64,000 nucleotides of DNA, taken from assembly GCF_009914755.1 (NCBI RefSeq), contig NC_060930.1. The stretch is one strand, 5' to 3'. The first letter of the stretch is position 1, and each line of letters starts with the position of its first letter. This DNA comes from the human T2T-CHM13v2.0 reference genome, Homo sapiens. Shown here piece after piece: positions 40,969-56,499 of this stretch. Position numbers and translations under genes: made by a program. A model generated the notes under the pieces. It was given only the letters and a program-made list of their open reading frames with translations, searched no databases and was not told the origin of the DNA.

Positions 40969-41427
40969 GTCCTGGTATAAAGGTAGAAGAAGCAAACCAG
41001 TAGTTCCTTGCTTTAAAGAAGGGAAATACTGATATCTTTGAGGTTTAGTACATATTACAATGCAGAAGATATTATTTAGTGAATATGAAACAGATATCTT
41101 AGACAAAGAAGCCATTGCCTTAGTAGTTCCAAGTTCTGGGAAAACAACCAGATTGTGCCTCACAGAAAAGATATCATGGACCTTGATGGTTGGAGTCTTC
41201 TGCCTGCTAAGACAGCAAGGGCATTCTAGACACTGGCCAGTGGATTCCCTGGGCAGGAATACTGGTTCTAAGTGCTCAAATACATAAAGGCTAATTGACA
41301 CAGCCAGGTTTTATCCGTAGTTCATGACTTGGGAGAACGTCACAAAAAGACTAAGGCTTACTCATGGAGCCCCCAGAATCCTCACAAAAAGGCCAGGCTC
41401 AGATGCAACTTGATGCTCTCAAAATCA

Positions 41428-41745
<318 letters not shown>

Positions 41746-43959
41746 TCATAGTCAGGGCAAGTAAAAACTGCTTTTCTACTATTCAGAGAATCTGAAAATA
41801 CTCATCCTTGTAAAGTATCGTAAATCACAGTTGTTACTGTTCATAGCTATACCTTTAATAGCAAAATTCATTTTGAAAGGAGAACATTCATATATGGTGG
41901 CACAGTGAAATATCAACATTTTATAGATATTCTAGGTGACACTTCACCACGTGCCTAGTAAAAGACACTTGTTTGAAAAATCACCAAAAATTTCCTCCAA
42001 CACTTCTGTGTCTGTGCCCTTCAATAGTTTTAAAATATTACTAAGCAGTAGTGTTACTTAAAAGGAATTAAAAAAAAAAAACCTCTGCCTTTTCAATGGA
42101 GGAGGCATTGCAATTAAAACTGCTAAGACACAGAAAAGGCTGTCTGCACAGTAGTACACCCAAGTTGAATATTAAATATATGAAAGACTCCCTAGGGAAT
42201 ATGAGCTTTTTAATCATAGTGTTTGACTTTCCTTATCTGAATTGTTACTCCTTATGTGGCAGGAGGATGGACTAGGGAGCACATTTTTCTCTAATTTCTT
42301 GATAAGCACTACTATCAACCTGACAGCCCGGACTGATTAAATATCCCTATTCACATGCAGACATAACCACTGCCTTTAAGAGTCTCTGAGGCTAAAATTA
42401 AATGTAAATTAAAACAGGCCCAAACCCCTCTTCAGCTTTCTTCCTTTCAGAAAATCATTGCATACTACTTTATAGAGAAAAGACAGTGTACTTACAAATC
42501 ACACTTGTTTGTTTTTATTTTATTGATCCAGTAGAGGCCTGATGAGATCCTGTCATGGGAAAAATAGTAAAATAGCATCGTTAAAGCAGGGCAAAATTGA
42601 ATTTAGAAAGAGGAATGCATACACAGAGAACTCTACAGGTATGCACTTTGAAACAGGAAAGTTGGGAGTTTAGGGAAGCAAGAAAGGAGTAAACATGCCT
42701 TCGAGGCCTCGTATAGGAAATGCTAAATTAGAGAAGACAGAAAGCAAGGTAGAAGATCCAGGTTAGAGCCCTGAGCCCCACGTTGTCACCCCATTGTGGA
42801 CAATGTGGGGCTGGAGTCAAAGATAAACAGTTGACACAATAAGAATGTGTAACTTTGACCTGGAGTCCTGATCATCAGTGCTGGTAATGGGATGCTAGAG
42901 GTTCCTGAGTGGCTTGAAGTTTCTGTGAGCCAGAATTCTTTGTAGGCATCTATTTAAAGATAAGGTTATCATCCTGAAGGCCTGAATTCAGAAGGACAGA
43001 TAAACAGATAGAGTTGGCTGAATTGGAACAAAGTATTATTCACGAAGATGGCTGGAGGGTGTAATCAGGCTATTGCCAAGATCTTTCAAAAAATCTTTTT
43101 TCTGCTACTGTACTACTCATATAGTTTGAGTTTTCATTAATTTAGCTGAGAGTGACTATGATTCCATATTAACATTTCCAGACAATCTCACTACCTTTTG
43201 GTCATGAATTTACTTTCTAAGTACTGTAACATATACTGCTAACTTTTTTCATTCTTCTCAAACCCCAGACTTATCTTCCCTTCTTTCCCACGTCCACTTG
43301 CAGAAAAACAGAAAATTTTCCACCTGCATCACCCCAGCATTTACAAACTTCTCTTTCTTTCCCCTAAAAGGTAGTATCTTTACCGATTCTCTAGAGTCAA
43401 TCCATACCCATATTCACAGGATATTTATAGTATTAGTTGCCCTTTTCATTTCTGTATCTCCAGTTTCATTCTATTATGTCATTGCCATTAGTATTTCAAT
43501 GTGCTCAAAATGTTCACAACTTGAAAAATGTCATTCTTTGATCAACCACGCCACTCCTCATGACCTGCATTTTTCATCTCTTGTTTCATTTATGGGCAGT
43601 CATTACTATGTCACGTCCTCCCTTACTTACTTAAATCACATTACAGAGGAATAACCTGAGAGTTTGATAATATCACATAGTGCCTGGCCAGGGAATGCAA
43701 AAATCTCTAAATCTTTTCCCACCAAACACACCAGTATTTAGGAAGGATCCATAGGAACAAACATTAAATTAATAAAATAATTTCAAAATTATTATTAAAT
43801 TTAAATAAACAGGAAGATAGATAGTTGGATACATTAAGTAAAATAACCAAATGAGAAATGGCATAAATGACCAAAAGTGCAATGCAGATAAAAAAATGGA
43901 TTGAAGGATGCCATTTAAAAGTAGCATAAATGTTGCTTTCTACCTCTGCCCTAATTCAA

Positions 43960-44170
43960 AATCCAGGTATTTCACTGATTCCTTCCAAATTAAATCATAA
44001 ATACTATTTTTTTCTTCAGAATTACAGATGGGTATATCAAGCTGCTTCTTAGTATCTCCCCTTGGATATTTCGTTGAAACCTCTGAGTAACATGTCAAAA
44101 ACTGAAATTATGATACCCTCCCCACAGACACAGAGGACACATTCTTCCTCCATTTCCTGTCTCTACAACT
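43960..44170 (+). mobile_element. L2 fragment
   Basis: atctccccttggatat...aacatgtcaaaaactgaaatt. Confidence 0.55.
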
Positions 44171-44228
44171 GTGATACGTGTGATGAGATGGAGACTTTAC
44201 CAACCTGGTTCTTTACTGACAGTGATAA

Positions 44229-44754
<526 letters not shown>

Positions 44755-44863
44755 CATATTATAAACATGTAGACTGAATAAAAACAAAATTTGGCTTTGT
44801 AAGCCATTGAAGTTTGGGGGTCATTGGTCACCACAATATAATCTAACATATCCTCACTAATAC
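44755..44863 (+). mobile_element. MLT1 (H/J/K-type) LTR 3' end; upstream part probably ~44170-44253
   Basis: taagccattgaagtttggggg...cacaatataatctaacatatcctcactaataca. Confidence 0.55.
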
Positions 44864-45847
44864 AGCCGTGGTTCATCCACTATTAAGAAAGGAAATTATA
44901 GGATTAAATGCCTGATTTTTAGGATTCACAAATATGTATTTCCCCATTGAAGATTAATAACTTATTCTGCAACAATCAGTGCCTTATCCATGTGACACTC
45001 GCCCCTTCCAAATCATTCACTATGGCTATAAAAATGCTGTAGCTATTCCCATCCTATCCTTAGTTTTGTAAAATCTATACATCAAATCAATTAACAAGGT
45101 GTAGTACAAACTTTTAACAATCTTTCCCGCCAAAATGTTTTAAACTAAAGATAAGATACAGGTAATTTCCTTGATGTTTTCAAATCATGCCATAAAACAT
45201 ACGACAGATCTGATTCACTGTAAAGTCACATTTAATCATGAGGGTAAATTATGATAAACACTCAGGCATGTGATTGGAGAAATGATGGCTCTGAACAGGA
45301 AAAGGTTGGGAAAGACAGTGTTGCCTTCACACTTGTTTCTTCCTAACTTTGTGCTGAACTATCATGTCAGGCCAGAAGTTTCCATTTAGGAAGCCCAACC
45401 TTATTGTAGTTGTTGTTTTCAGCAGAACTCCCTGGTCACTTCCAGAAATGAGGAAAACAAACATGTTTAGCAAAGAAGGCTGCATAAGACTATATGCATT
45501 GCCCTGAAACTCAACCACCTGGTGTGACGTTCCCACAATTGATCCACTTTAGCAAAATAAGTACTGCAGGCTAGGGGCAATATGTTGCAAGTCAGTACTA
45601 GAGCCAGGATGATTGACTGAGTTGACCTCAATTTTGCTGATACATGTGCTGCCAGGTTTATGAATAGATTGATAACAAGAGTAACACAGCACATCTATGT
45701 CTTCGAATGAACGAGTCAGTAAAAAATCACTAAAATAAATTGGGATTCTATTACAAGGATATAGAACAAGAGCTACCTACTAAGGTCTAATAAATGTGCA
45801 CATGTAATTATGTGGTGTATGTTTCCTTGGGACCCAACTCACTTACT

Positions 45848-46160
45848 TCTTGTTTTTGTTCTTTTGGTTTAGAGACAGGGTCTTGCTCCATCAACCACAC
45901 TCTGAGGTGCAGTGGCATGATGAAGATTCACAGCTGCAACGTCTAACTCCTGGGTTCAAACTGTCCTTTTGCCTCAGCCTCTTGTGTAGCTGAGATTACA
46001 GTTGCATGCCAAAACATCTGGATAATTTTCTTATGTTTTGTAGATATGAGGGTCTCACCTCATTGCCCAGGCTGATCTTGAACTCCTGGCCTCAAACAAT
46101 CTTCCTGCCTTGGCCTCCTAAAGTGCTGAGATTATGGGTGTGAGCGAGTGCACCTGGACC
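45848..46160 (-). mobile_element. AluJo-like
   Basis: Diverged antisense Alu with J-type features. Confidence 0.88.
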
Positions 46161-46294
46161 AACTTCTTATCATTTTCAATTCTCTTTGGTAATCTAAAAT
46201 AAGCTACAGACTACCTATTAAAACTAAGGAATCTCCACATTGCTAATGGATACAAGATGAATATTAAAAAATCAACACCGCTCCCATGAAGCAC

Positions 46295-46746
46295 TGTTAG
46301 TTAAAATTCTCATAGAAGCAGATCCTGCTGTAAAGATCAGGCACAAGTGATTTTTCAAGGAACTATTCTACAAGATATGAGAAAGCAAGTGATGGAATCA
46401 GGTCAGGAAAGTGGAAAAAGTCAATAAGAAGTGCATGAAAACATGAGCGGTCACAGCTTCAACCTAATCCCACAATGACTTACAGATTTTAAATTATATC
46501 ACAGAGTTGGTCCCATTTTGGTCGTGAACTTTTACTCTAGACAGTTATTGGCTACAATCTACATAGAAAAATGAGAGTAGGGTAAAACAGACAATGTAAG
46601 CTCTCCATCCAGAGAGGAGGAATAGCCCTCTAAAAGTCCCAGGGGTGACCCCATAGCAGCCAAGCATTTATAAGCCTGGGACTGGGCGCATGACATGGTA
46701 AATGGGCTGAAGCATCTGGACATCACAGGAGGTGTCAGTTCTAACA
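46295..46746 (-). mobile_element. Old ERVL LTR, LTR16-like
   Basis: tgttagtt...gaagcagatcctg...acaagtgattt...acagttattggcta...ends ...aca. Confidence 0.45.
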
Positions 46747-46826
46747 TGAGGAATATCTAATTTGAAAACTTAAGTCAGAAATAAGAGATATTTACAATAG
46801 CATAGCAATTATAAATAATTCGTAGA

Positions 46827-47201
46827 TGCTATGAATTTAATGTTTGTGATCCCCCCCAAAATTCACCGTTGAAACCCTAATCCCCAAAGTGATGATATTT
46901 GAAGACTGAGTCTTTGGGAAGTATTATTGGGTCATAAGGGTGAATCCCTTACGATAAGATCAGTGCCTTTATAAGTAGAGACACTGGGAAGATTTGTGTA
47001 CATGCTCACTCTCTTCCTACCCGTCTCGCCCTGCCACCACCCTGTGAGGATACCGTGAAAAGGAAGCTATCAGAAAACCAGGAAGAGTGCCCTCATCAAG
47101 CCCTCAACCATACTGGCCTCCTGATCTCAAGACTACCAGACTCCAGAAATGTGAAAGGTAAGCCATCTGGTCTGTGATGTTTTATTATAGCAGTCTGAAC
47201 A
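46827..47201 (+). mobile_element. MLT1A0-like solo LTR
   Basis: tgctatg...ccccccaaaattca...; perfect TSD gtaga/gtaga. Confidence 0.85.
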
Positions 47202-47379
47202 GTAGATAGCTAAACAGAAGTTCAAAATACCATTTTAGAAATGTAATTGAAGTAAGAAAAGAAAAAGTTGGAGAGGTAAATGATGTTACTGGATTGTAAA
47301 TGTTAGAAATGTAATATTGTAAACATAGTACTTTTCCAAAACTGATCTATAAATATAATAAAACTTCAACTGAAGTTTC

Positions 47380-48562
47380 AAAGCTGTACACCTATATCTA
47401 TCTGATCATCAACAAGGATGACAAAAAAAAGCAACAGAAAAAAGACTCCCTATTCAATAAATAGTGTGGTGATAACTGGCAAGCCATATACAAAAGAATA
47501 AAACTGGACTCTTAAATTTCACCTACACAAAATTAACTCAAGATGAATTAGACATTTAAATGTAAAACTATAAAAATCCCAGAATAAAACTTATGAAATG
47601 CCCTTCTTGACATGGGTCTTGGCAAATAATTTTTGGCTAAGCCCCCAAAACAACTGCAACAAACAAAAATTGACAAATGGGACTTCCTTAAACTGAAGAG
47701 CTTCTGCACAGCAAAATAAGCTATCAACAAAGTAAACAGAACCCCTAGAGAATGCAGAAAATATCCACAAACTGTGCATCCAACAAAGGTCTAATATCCC
47801 TAATCTATAAGGAACTTAAATCAACAAGCAAAAACCAAATAACCCCATTAAAAATGGGCAAATGATATGAACAGACACTTAGTAAAAGAAGACAAACAAG
47901 AGGCCAACAAATATACGAATAAATGCTCATCATTACTGATCAACAGAGAAATGTAATCAAAACTACAGTGAGATACCATTTCACACCAATCAGAATGACT
48001 ACGATTAAAAAGTCAAAAAACAACAGATACCAGGGAGGCTGCAGAGAAAAGAGAACATTTATACACTGTTATGGAGATACAAATTACTTCAGCCACTGCA
48101 GAAAGCGATTTAGACATTTCTTAAAGAACTTAGAACTACCATTCTACCTAGCAATCCCATTACTAGGTATATACCCAAACAACAATAAATTATTCTACCA
48201 AAAAGACGTGTGTATTTATATGTTCATTGCCACACTACTCACAATAGCAAAGACATGGAATCAACCTAAGTGTCCATCAGTGGTAGACTGAATAAAGAAA
48301 ATGTATACATATACACCATGGTATACTATGTAGCCACAAAAAAAGAACAAAAGTATGTCTTTTGCAGCAAAACGGATACAGCTGGAGACCATAATCCCAA
48401 ACAAATTAACACAGGAACAGAAAAGCAAATACTGCATGTTCTCACTTGTAAATGGAAGCCAAACACTGGGTGTTCATGGACATAAAAATGGTAACAATAG
48501 ACATTGCAGATCAGTAGAGTGGGGAGAAGGGAGTGGGATGTGGATGGAAAAACTACCAATGG
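47380..48562 (+). mobile_element. L1PA15/16-like ORF2 3' portion and start of 3' UTR
   Basis: ORF track TVRYHFTPIRM...AIPLLGIYP...MFIATLLTIAKTWNQPKCPSVVD. Confidence 0.88.
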
Positions 48563-48919
48563 AGAAGGAAAAATTCCAAAAAATCAGTCCAAACTTTGCA
48601 AAAAATAGTAGAGTAAAATAAATCAATAAGAAAATTCTGAAAAGGAAGATAAAAAAGCAGGACTTTTCTACTAAATTCAATGACATTTTCCATGTTGGGA
48701 ATGATTAAATCCATGTGATTGTGGTCTAGAAACACAAAAAACAAACAAACAAAACAGAACAAGTATTGATCAGAGATTGCTTCCAGCATGTTGATAATTA
48801 ATCCATGAAGTGTGTGAAATATGAGAGAAATTTGTGGAAATAAAATATTAGAAAGAAAAATCAGAAAAAGAATGAGATGAAGAGGTATAAGATAAACTAA
48901 CCAGAATAATAAGGTATTA

Positions 48920-49570
<651 letters not shown>

Positions 49571-51212
49571 TAAATATTTAAATTTGGAACTTTTCCTATA
49601 ATACTGCCCAGAGTAAAAAATTAAATTAAATTAAAAAAACCAGAGAGTCAGAGGAATTCATCTTAGAGATTTCAAGGGAACACAACACATGTTTTATGGA
49701 GACATGAAAGAACAGAAATTAAGAACTGTGGATTATGTTACAGAGATAGTGCTCTCCAACTTTTCTTCATTTTCCAAGCAGATTTCATCACTATAGTAAA
49801 AATAAATTTTTTACAAGTATTTTTTCTCATATTGGTAGATCTTAAAAAAATAAACAGATTATGAGTGATTTTTTTTCTTCAATTGTTGGACATGAATTTC
49901 ATCACATCTACTATGAAATACAGATTTTTATACCAAGTGCCTTTCCGAAGTTCTTATTGTTAATAATATGTGGAAGTCATTCTCTGAGGACGAAATGGGA
50001 GCCTGTTGTTTTAGACAGTGATTAGAAATTGATCCTTAGAACCAATTTCCTTTGAATTTATTGATTCATCTTAACTAGTTTGATTTAAACAATTCACCCT
50101 AACTAGTTTGATTTAAACAATTATCTGGAAATCACCCAAAGCAGCCTTTTTTCAGGTACATTTTTGTGGCTCTAAACACAGGCTATTGATCTGATTATCA
50201 GTTGCTGTTTTTCATAACATATGTTTTTCATAAACATAAATTTACTTGCTTCACCAGCTGCTTTTGGGTATAATTTGAAGAATCTGACTGACATTTTAAT
50301 AACTATTGTACTTATGTCAATAAATGTTATTTAGTACATTTTCTAGGGAGAAATTAAAGTTGAAAATGCATTCAGTTGGCTCAGTTATTAAATCTGCAAA
50401 TGCCCTCAAAATGAGAGAAGCCAGAATATTATTCTAACAGATTTAGTGCCCTATAATCAAGTAAAATGTCCAGTAATGAAATTTAAAGTCTAGCAAATTG
50501 CACTCTTCATTGAAACTCATGGACGTGCAAGTATAACTTAACCTTCACACAGACATATACACAAGCATACATTCTGTCTTTTACGTTAGTACCTACAATC
50601 AACATTTCTTCTTCATTTCTTTGGATTTCAAAAAGAGAACATAAAATAAGTAGCTGCTCCCAGAAAAATATGTTATAAATATAGCCTAATTTTACATATA
50701 ACCTTAGGATTTGGATTAATTTGTAAAAGGAAACACAACAGTTGTTTCTGTTTATTTTAGATTTAACGATCTTAGTTTCTCATAGCCAGTAGATAGCACA
50801 GTCATCATTCTCTTTAAAATTCCTTCAATCCATGATCATTCGAATCTTTGAAATTATATGTAAGGGTAAAAGAAGGGATATGGATGCCTCTCAGGCAAGT
50901 AGTGGCTTAGTGTGGACATCTGTTGGGTTTTTTTCTGCCAAGAATCTCTACCCTGTGTTCAGACATCAGTTTCTGCAAGAAAGATTAACCTACTCTAGGC
51001 ATTTTAATCAGAAGAGGAATTAGGTGTTAAAGGTTATTGAATTTTCTAAAGAATTGGGTCCTTGGATGGGCCATCCAGAATGGCTCACAGAACAATACAG
51101 AGCTGGCCATTAGAGAAGCTATTCTCTCTGAGGCTACTGGTTCTATGCTAGAAGAAAGAAGTTGACACACAACTGCCTCTTGGACAGCTGGAGAGTGGAT
51201 ATTGGAAAGTTA

Positions 51213-51352
51213 TTAGGTTGGTGCAAAAATAATTGTAGTTTTTGCCGTTACTTTTAATGGCATTTTGCCACTAAAATTTACTTTTTCCATTTTAATGGCT
51301 TTTGTCATTAAAAGTAATGGCAAAAACCACAATTACTTTTGCACCAATCTAA
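51213..51352. mobile_element. Extended MADE1 (Hsmar1-derived MITE)
   Basis: Hsmar1 TIRs at both ends, TA on both sides, 50-bp inverted arms around a 40-bp spacer. Confidence 0.95.
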
Positions 51353-51639
51353 TACTTCAGATGAAAAAAACAGAACTCACATGTTCATGACATTATTTAC
51401 CCACAGGAACACCCCTCAAAAGTACAAAAATATTAATACTTTGTCTCTTATGTGTAGACAATATTTTTGCAATTGAATTTAAAGATTGTTTGTTACAGTA
51501 AGTATAATTTTAAAAAATCAAATATATAGATTATTCCACAATTTTTGTGTATCTCGTCTTGACCAAAGCAATTTCTACTAACTATAGAATAAATATAGAC
51601 TATCCTAAATTGTATTATGTTTTTATTGTTTTATAGTTT

Positions 51640-52860
51640 ATGGTTGATATTTATCATCCATATTGAATTTATTAAGTCTCTTACAGTAAGGGTATACTTC
51701 TACATCACCATTTTTTCCCAGTAAATTAAAATTCAACATTTGCCAAATGTTCAATTGCTTTTATATATCTGCATGTATTTTCAAGGACTCTATTCCAATG
51801 ATATACACCTAGTCCTCTCTTTATTGAACTGTTATCATAATATGTTTCAATATCAGATATGACAAGTGCTCCCACTATTTTGCTTTTATTTGAATTATGT
51901 GAGAAGTCTCAGACTTTTATTTTTTCATATGAAAATTAAGGTTCCAAATCTAAAAGCACCGAAATTTAAATTAGAATTGCAGAACATAAGTATATTATTC
52001 TCTGGAAAACTGATGTTTTAATCTTATTTACAATTTATCTCCAGAAATATGACATACGACTACATTTGTTTAGCACTTGCTTCCAATCTTTTATTAAATA
52101 AAAACAAATACATCTATTTGAAATATACATCTTTATGATTCCCATTTTATCGATCTTGTAATTGTTTGATATGTATTGATTTCTTTAGTATATAAAGTTC
52201 AATTATTTTAAAATCTCCATTATTGTTTCTTGTCAATTATGAATTATTTAGAATTACATTGGTACATTCACAAATGTATTAATTTTTCAACTATTTTATT
52301 GTTTATTTCTAATTTTACAGATTAATAGAGAGAACTTATGACATATAAAAATTCTTTAGAATTTGTTGAGACTTCCTGTTTTGGCCTAGGACAGTTCAGC
52401 TACAAATGAATACAGCGTCTGTTTTGAGTGTAGGATTTTATTTATGTCAATTATATCATGTTTGTCCATTTTGTTGTTCAAATATTCTGTCATATTATTA
52501 TTTATTTATTTTAGATAGATATAGAATTAAATACAAAGTATGTGGCTTTTTCTATTTCTGTTTGTATTTCTGTCATTTGCTCTATACATGTTGAGGCTCT
52601 GTCATTAGGTGAATATAGATGCTATATTTGCATACTGTCTTTGTTGATTTTGTGTTTTTTCTTTTACTAATAATCTTGCAAAAATACCTATTAATATTCT
52701 TGTTTTTAAAATCTTTTATAACTGATTTCTTTTGCTTAGAATTTTCCTGGTATACATTTTATTCATTATTCTTGTATTCCAATTTTCTATTATAATGTTT
52801 AACTTTCACCTTTTAAAACAGAATATGGTTAGAATAAAGTTTGTGTTTTATTTTTAATTC
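51640..52860 (-). mobile_element. Old L1M ORF2 fragments
   Basis: T-rich antisense L1 phrases (ttctttagaatttgttgagactt, ttgaggctctgtcattaggtg). Confidence 0.55.
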
Positions 52861-52996
52861 ATTTAAATAATTTCAGCATTTTAAAAGTAAATTATAGACT
52901 TTTTTGGCAGCTGTGGATTTATAGACAAAATTAGCAAAAATTTCACGGAGTTCCCATATACTCCCTCAAGTCATCCTGCTTGCTGACCATACCCAC

Positions 52997-53575
52997 TGTA
53001 TTAGTTAGGGTTCTCTGGAGGGACAGAACTAATAGGATATATGTATTCATAAAAGGGAGTTTATTAAGGAGAATTGACTCTCATGATCACAAGGTGAAGT
53101 CCCACGATAGGCCATCTGCAAGTTGAGGACCAAGGAAGCCAGCAGTGGCTCAGTCCAAGTCCCAAAACCTCAAAAGTAGGCAGCCAACAGTGCAGTCTTC
53201 AGTCTGTAGCCAAAGGCTCGGGAGCCCCTCGCACCTACTGGTGTAATTCCAAGAGTCCAAAAGCCAAAGAACTTGGGGTCTGATCTTCGAGGGCAGGAAA
53301 AATCCAGCAAGGGAGAAAAATGAGTGTTATAAGACTCAGCAAGTTTGCTTCTTCCACCTTCTTCTGCCTGCTTTTTCTAGACTTGCAGGCAGCCGGTTGG
53401 ATGGTGTCCAACCACATTGTGGGTGAGTCTTCCTGAGGGTGGGTCTTCCTCTCCCAGTCCACTGACTCAAATATTAATCTCTTCTGGCAACACCCAGAAA
53501 TACCCAGATATACCCAGAAACAATACTTTGCATCCTTCAATCCAATCAAGTTGACACTTAATATTAACCATCACA
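52997..53575 (-). mobile_element. MLT2A2-like HERV-L solo LTR
   Basis: tgtattagttagggttctct...gagggacagaactaatagga...caagttgacacttaatattaaccatcaca; TSD cccac/cccat. Confidence 0.88.
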
Positions 53576-53650
53576 CCCATCATAGTTTCCCTTATTGTTA
53601 ACACCTTGCAGCAGTTTGGTACATTTGTTATGACTGATGAGCAAATATAG

Positions 53651-54128
<478 letters not shown>

Positions 54129-56499
54129 TATGGATACATTATTATTAACATTTAAATTAGGGTTAATTCTTGGTGTTCTACATTCTGTGGGTTTTGACAA
54201 ATGTATAATGATATGTACCCACCATTACAGTATCATATAAACTAGTTTCACTGCCCTAAAATATCCCCTCTTTTACACCTATTCAATCTTTCCTCCATCC
54301 TCCCTAGCCCCTGGTAATTGCTAATTTTTGTACTGTCTCCATAGTTTTGCCTTTCCAAGAATATCAACTAGTTGAAACTGTATAATGTGTAGTCTTTTCA
54401 TTTTAGCTTCTTTCGTCTCATGCATTTAAGCTTCCTTCATGTCTTTTTGGGGCAATTTTAGTCTTTGAATACTTAGTCACTTTAATCTTTTGCCTTTGTT
54501 TCTATTACAAATGGATACCCTATTTTAACTTCCCTTTTTGCGTTTTTTTAATTCTATTCTCCCTCCTTCCCAGTATATAAATTGTTAATTGTCTACTTTT
54601 TCATATAAAAATCATTATACAATAAACTTTCTCAGTAATTGCATATTTTAAAACATCTTTATGCTGCCTCATTCTTGAATGATAAATTCAATAGTTTTTG
54701 AATTGGGACTGACAGTCCTTTTTTCTCTGTATTTTGAAGATGTTCATTTAGAATTTTCTTGTATGTTTGGTGTTGATGAGAAGTCAACTTCTCAATCAAC
54801 ACCAATATATGTATTGCAATATATGCATATATGCAATATATGTATTGTTTCTGTGTGATTTTTTTCTCATTAGTTGCTTTTCAGTTTTTCTCTTTGTCCT
54901 ATTGTCCTAAAATAGGTATGTGATGTTTTTGACATACTTGCTTTTATTATTCCTCTCAGGCTTCTCTGTTCTTCTTCAATCTATAGATTTATCAGTTCTT
55001 CAATTCTGAAAATTTCTCATCTGCAATCTTTATGATTTTTTCTTTCCTATCTGAACTTACTTTTTTTCTGGATGTATTATTAGAAATGAGTCATTCTAGT
55101 CCTCCTTCAGTGTCCCTTTTATGTGTCCATCTTTCTATCTCATGTGTACTTTAATATAACTAATTCTGTCATATTGTTCTCTTCTTTTATGTATCTTTAT
55201 GCATATTTGTCTATTCTAACACTTTTCTATTGCTATGTTTCCTCTCTAGAATTTGTATTTGTTTCTCATTCAATAGTCTTCTTTTTTTAAGTGCTATTTT
55301 TGTCTAAATGTTTTTTTTTTTTTCTCTCTCTCTCTCTTTCTGTATCCTTGAAGATTTTAAGCCAGTTGCAGTAGTTCAGGGTTTTTTAGTTCATTGTATC
55401 TACTTACTTCCCCAAATAATGATTTGTTTGCTCATCTACTTCGGTTTGGGGAGGAAGGGGTCTTATTTTTAGTTTTGCATGGTTTAACTCATCGTAGTGA
55501 CTTGGTTTTCCCTGAAATTCCTGTATTCCCTGAATTGTAAAAGTGTTCCTAATGTGTTTGTGTTTTAGTCACTTTAGGAAGCCTTACATGTTTCTCCACA
55601 TTAAGACAAGGTTAATCATAATTTTCAAAGTTGTGTGTTTCAACCAAGTGGGCATTTTGAATTTAGACCTGAACTGCCTTTGTGGTAAAATCTTGAATTT
55701 TCATATTTTGCAAGACACTGTTCTTCTACCATTTGCACCAGGAAGATGGCAAACATTTGTGCTCTTGTGTCTAATAAGGATGCCTTTTCTTTACTTAATT
55801 TTAAAGAATGGCATATTTTTTCTTATTCTTGACTGATTCCAAAGATTAGCCAGATTCCTAGTAAGTCACGAATCTGGCTCTGCCTTGTTTTTTATCGTAC
55901 ACACATTTTTAAGGCAGTTAATAACTACCATTTTACTAATGCCAGTAAGTACATCCTTATTCTTACATTCCTTAATATTATGAAAGCAGTTGATTCTGTT
56001 GACAATATTCTTAAATGTCTCTTACTTTTTAACTCCAGTGCAGAAAATTAAGTTAATCCTATTTTTCAGGACAAAGACACATGATTAACATTTATACAAG
56101 ATCCCATACTATTTTCCCTTTTTAAATTTATGATTTTTATATTTCTTTCTACATATATATAGTATATTTAATATTTTGTGTATGTATATAAAATATACTT
56201 AAGAATATATAGTGTTTGTGTGTATGTGCACATGCATATTTAATTACATAGTGGTGATATCTTATTTATCTTATTCTATATTCTTTTGTTACTTAGTGCA
56301 AAATCAACCCCCCTATCCATATGTATATCTATCTTAATGTTCTAAGAAGGCATAGTAATACATAGTGTGCTTTCAACATATTTATCTGTCCCTTTAATGA
56401 TGAACATTTAGATTGATAGCACTTCCCTACTACCATAAACAATAATGTGATAAGCATTCCCATATATTTTGCATTTATTCTTAGTGTTTTGCACTTTTC

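Noticed and set aside
40930-41301. Overlapping 123-aa (-) and 75-aa (+) ORFs beside an MLT2 LTR
   Set aside because: No recognisable domain or convincing splice context; length compatible with chance
50900-51420. Possible old ERVL-type LTR surrounding the MADE1
   Set aside because: Resemblance too weak to name a family or define ends
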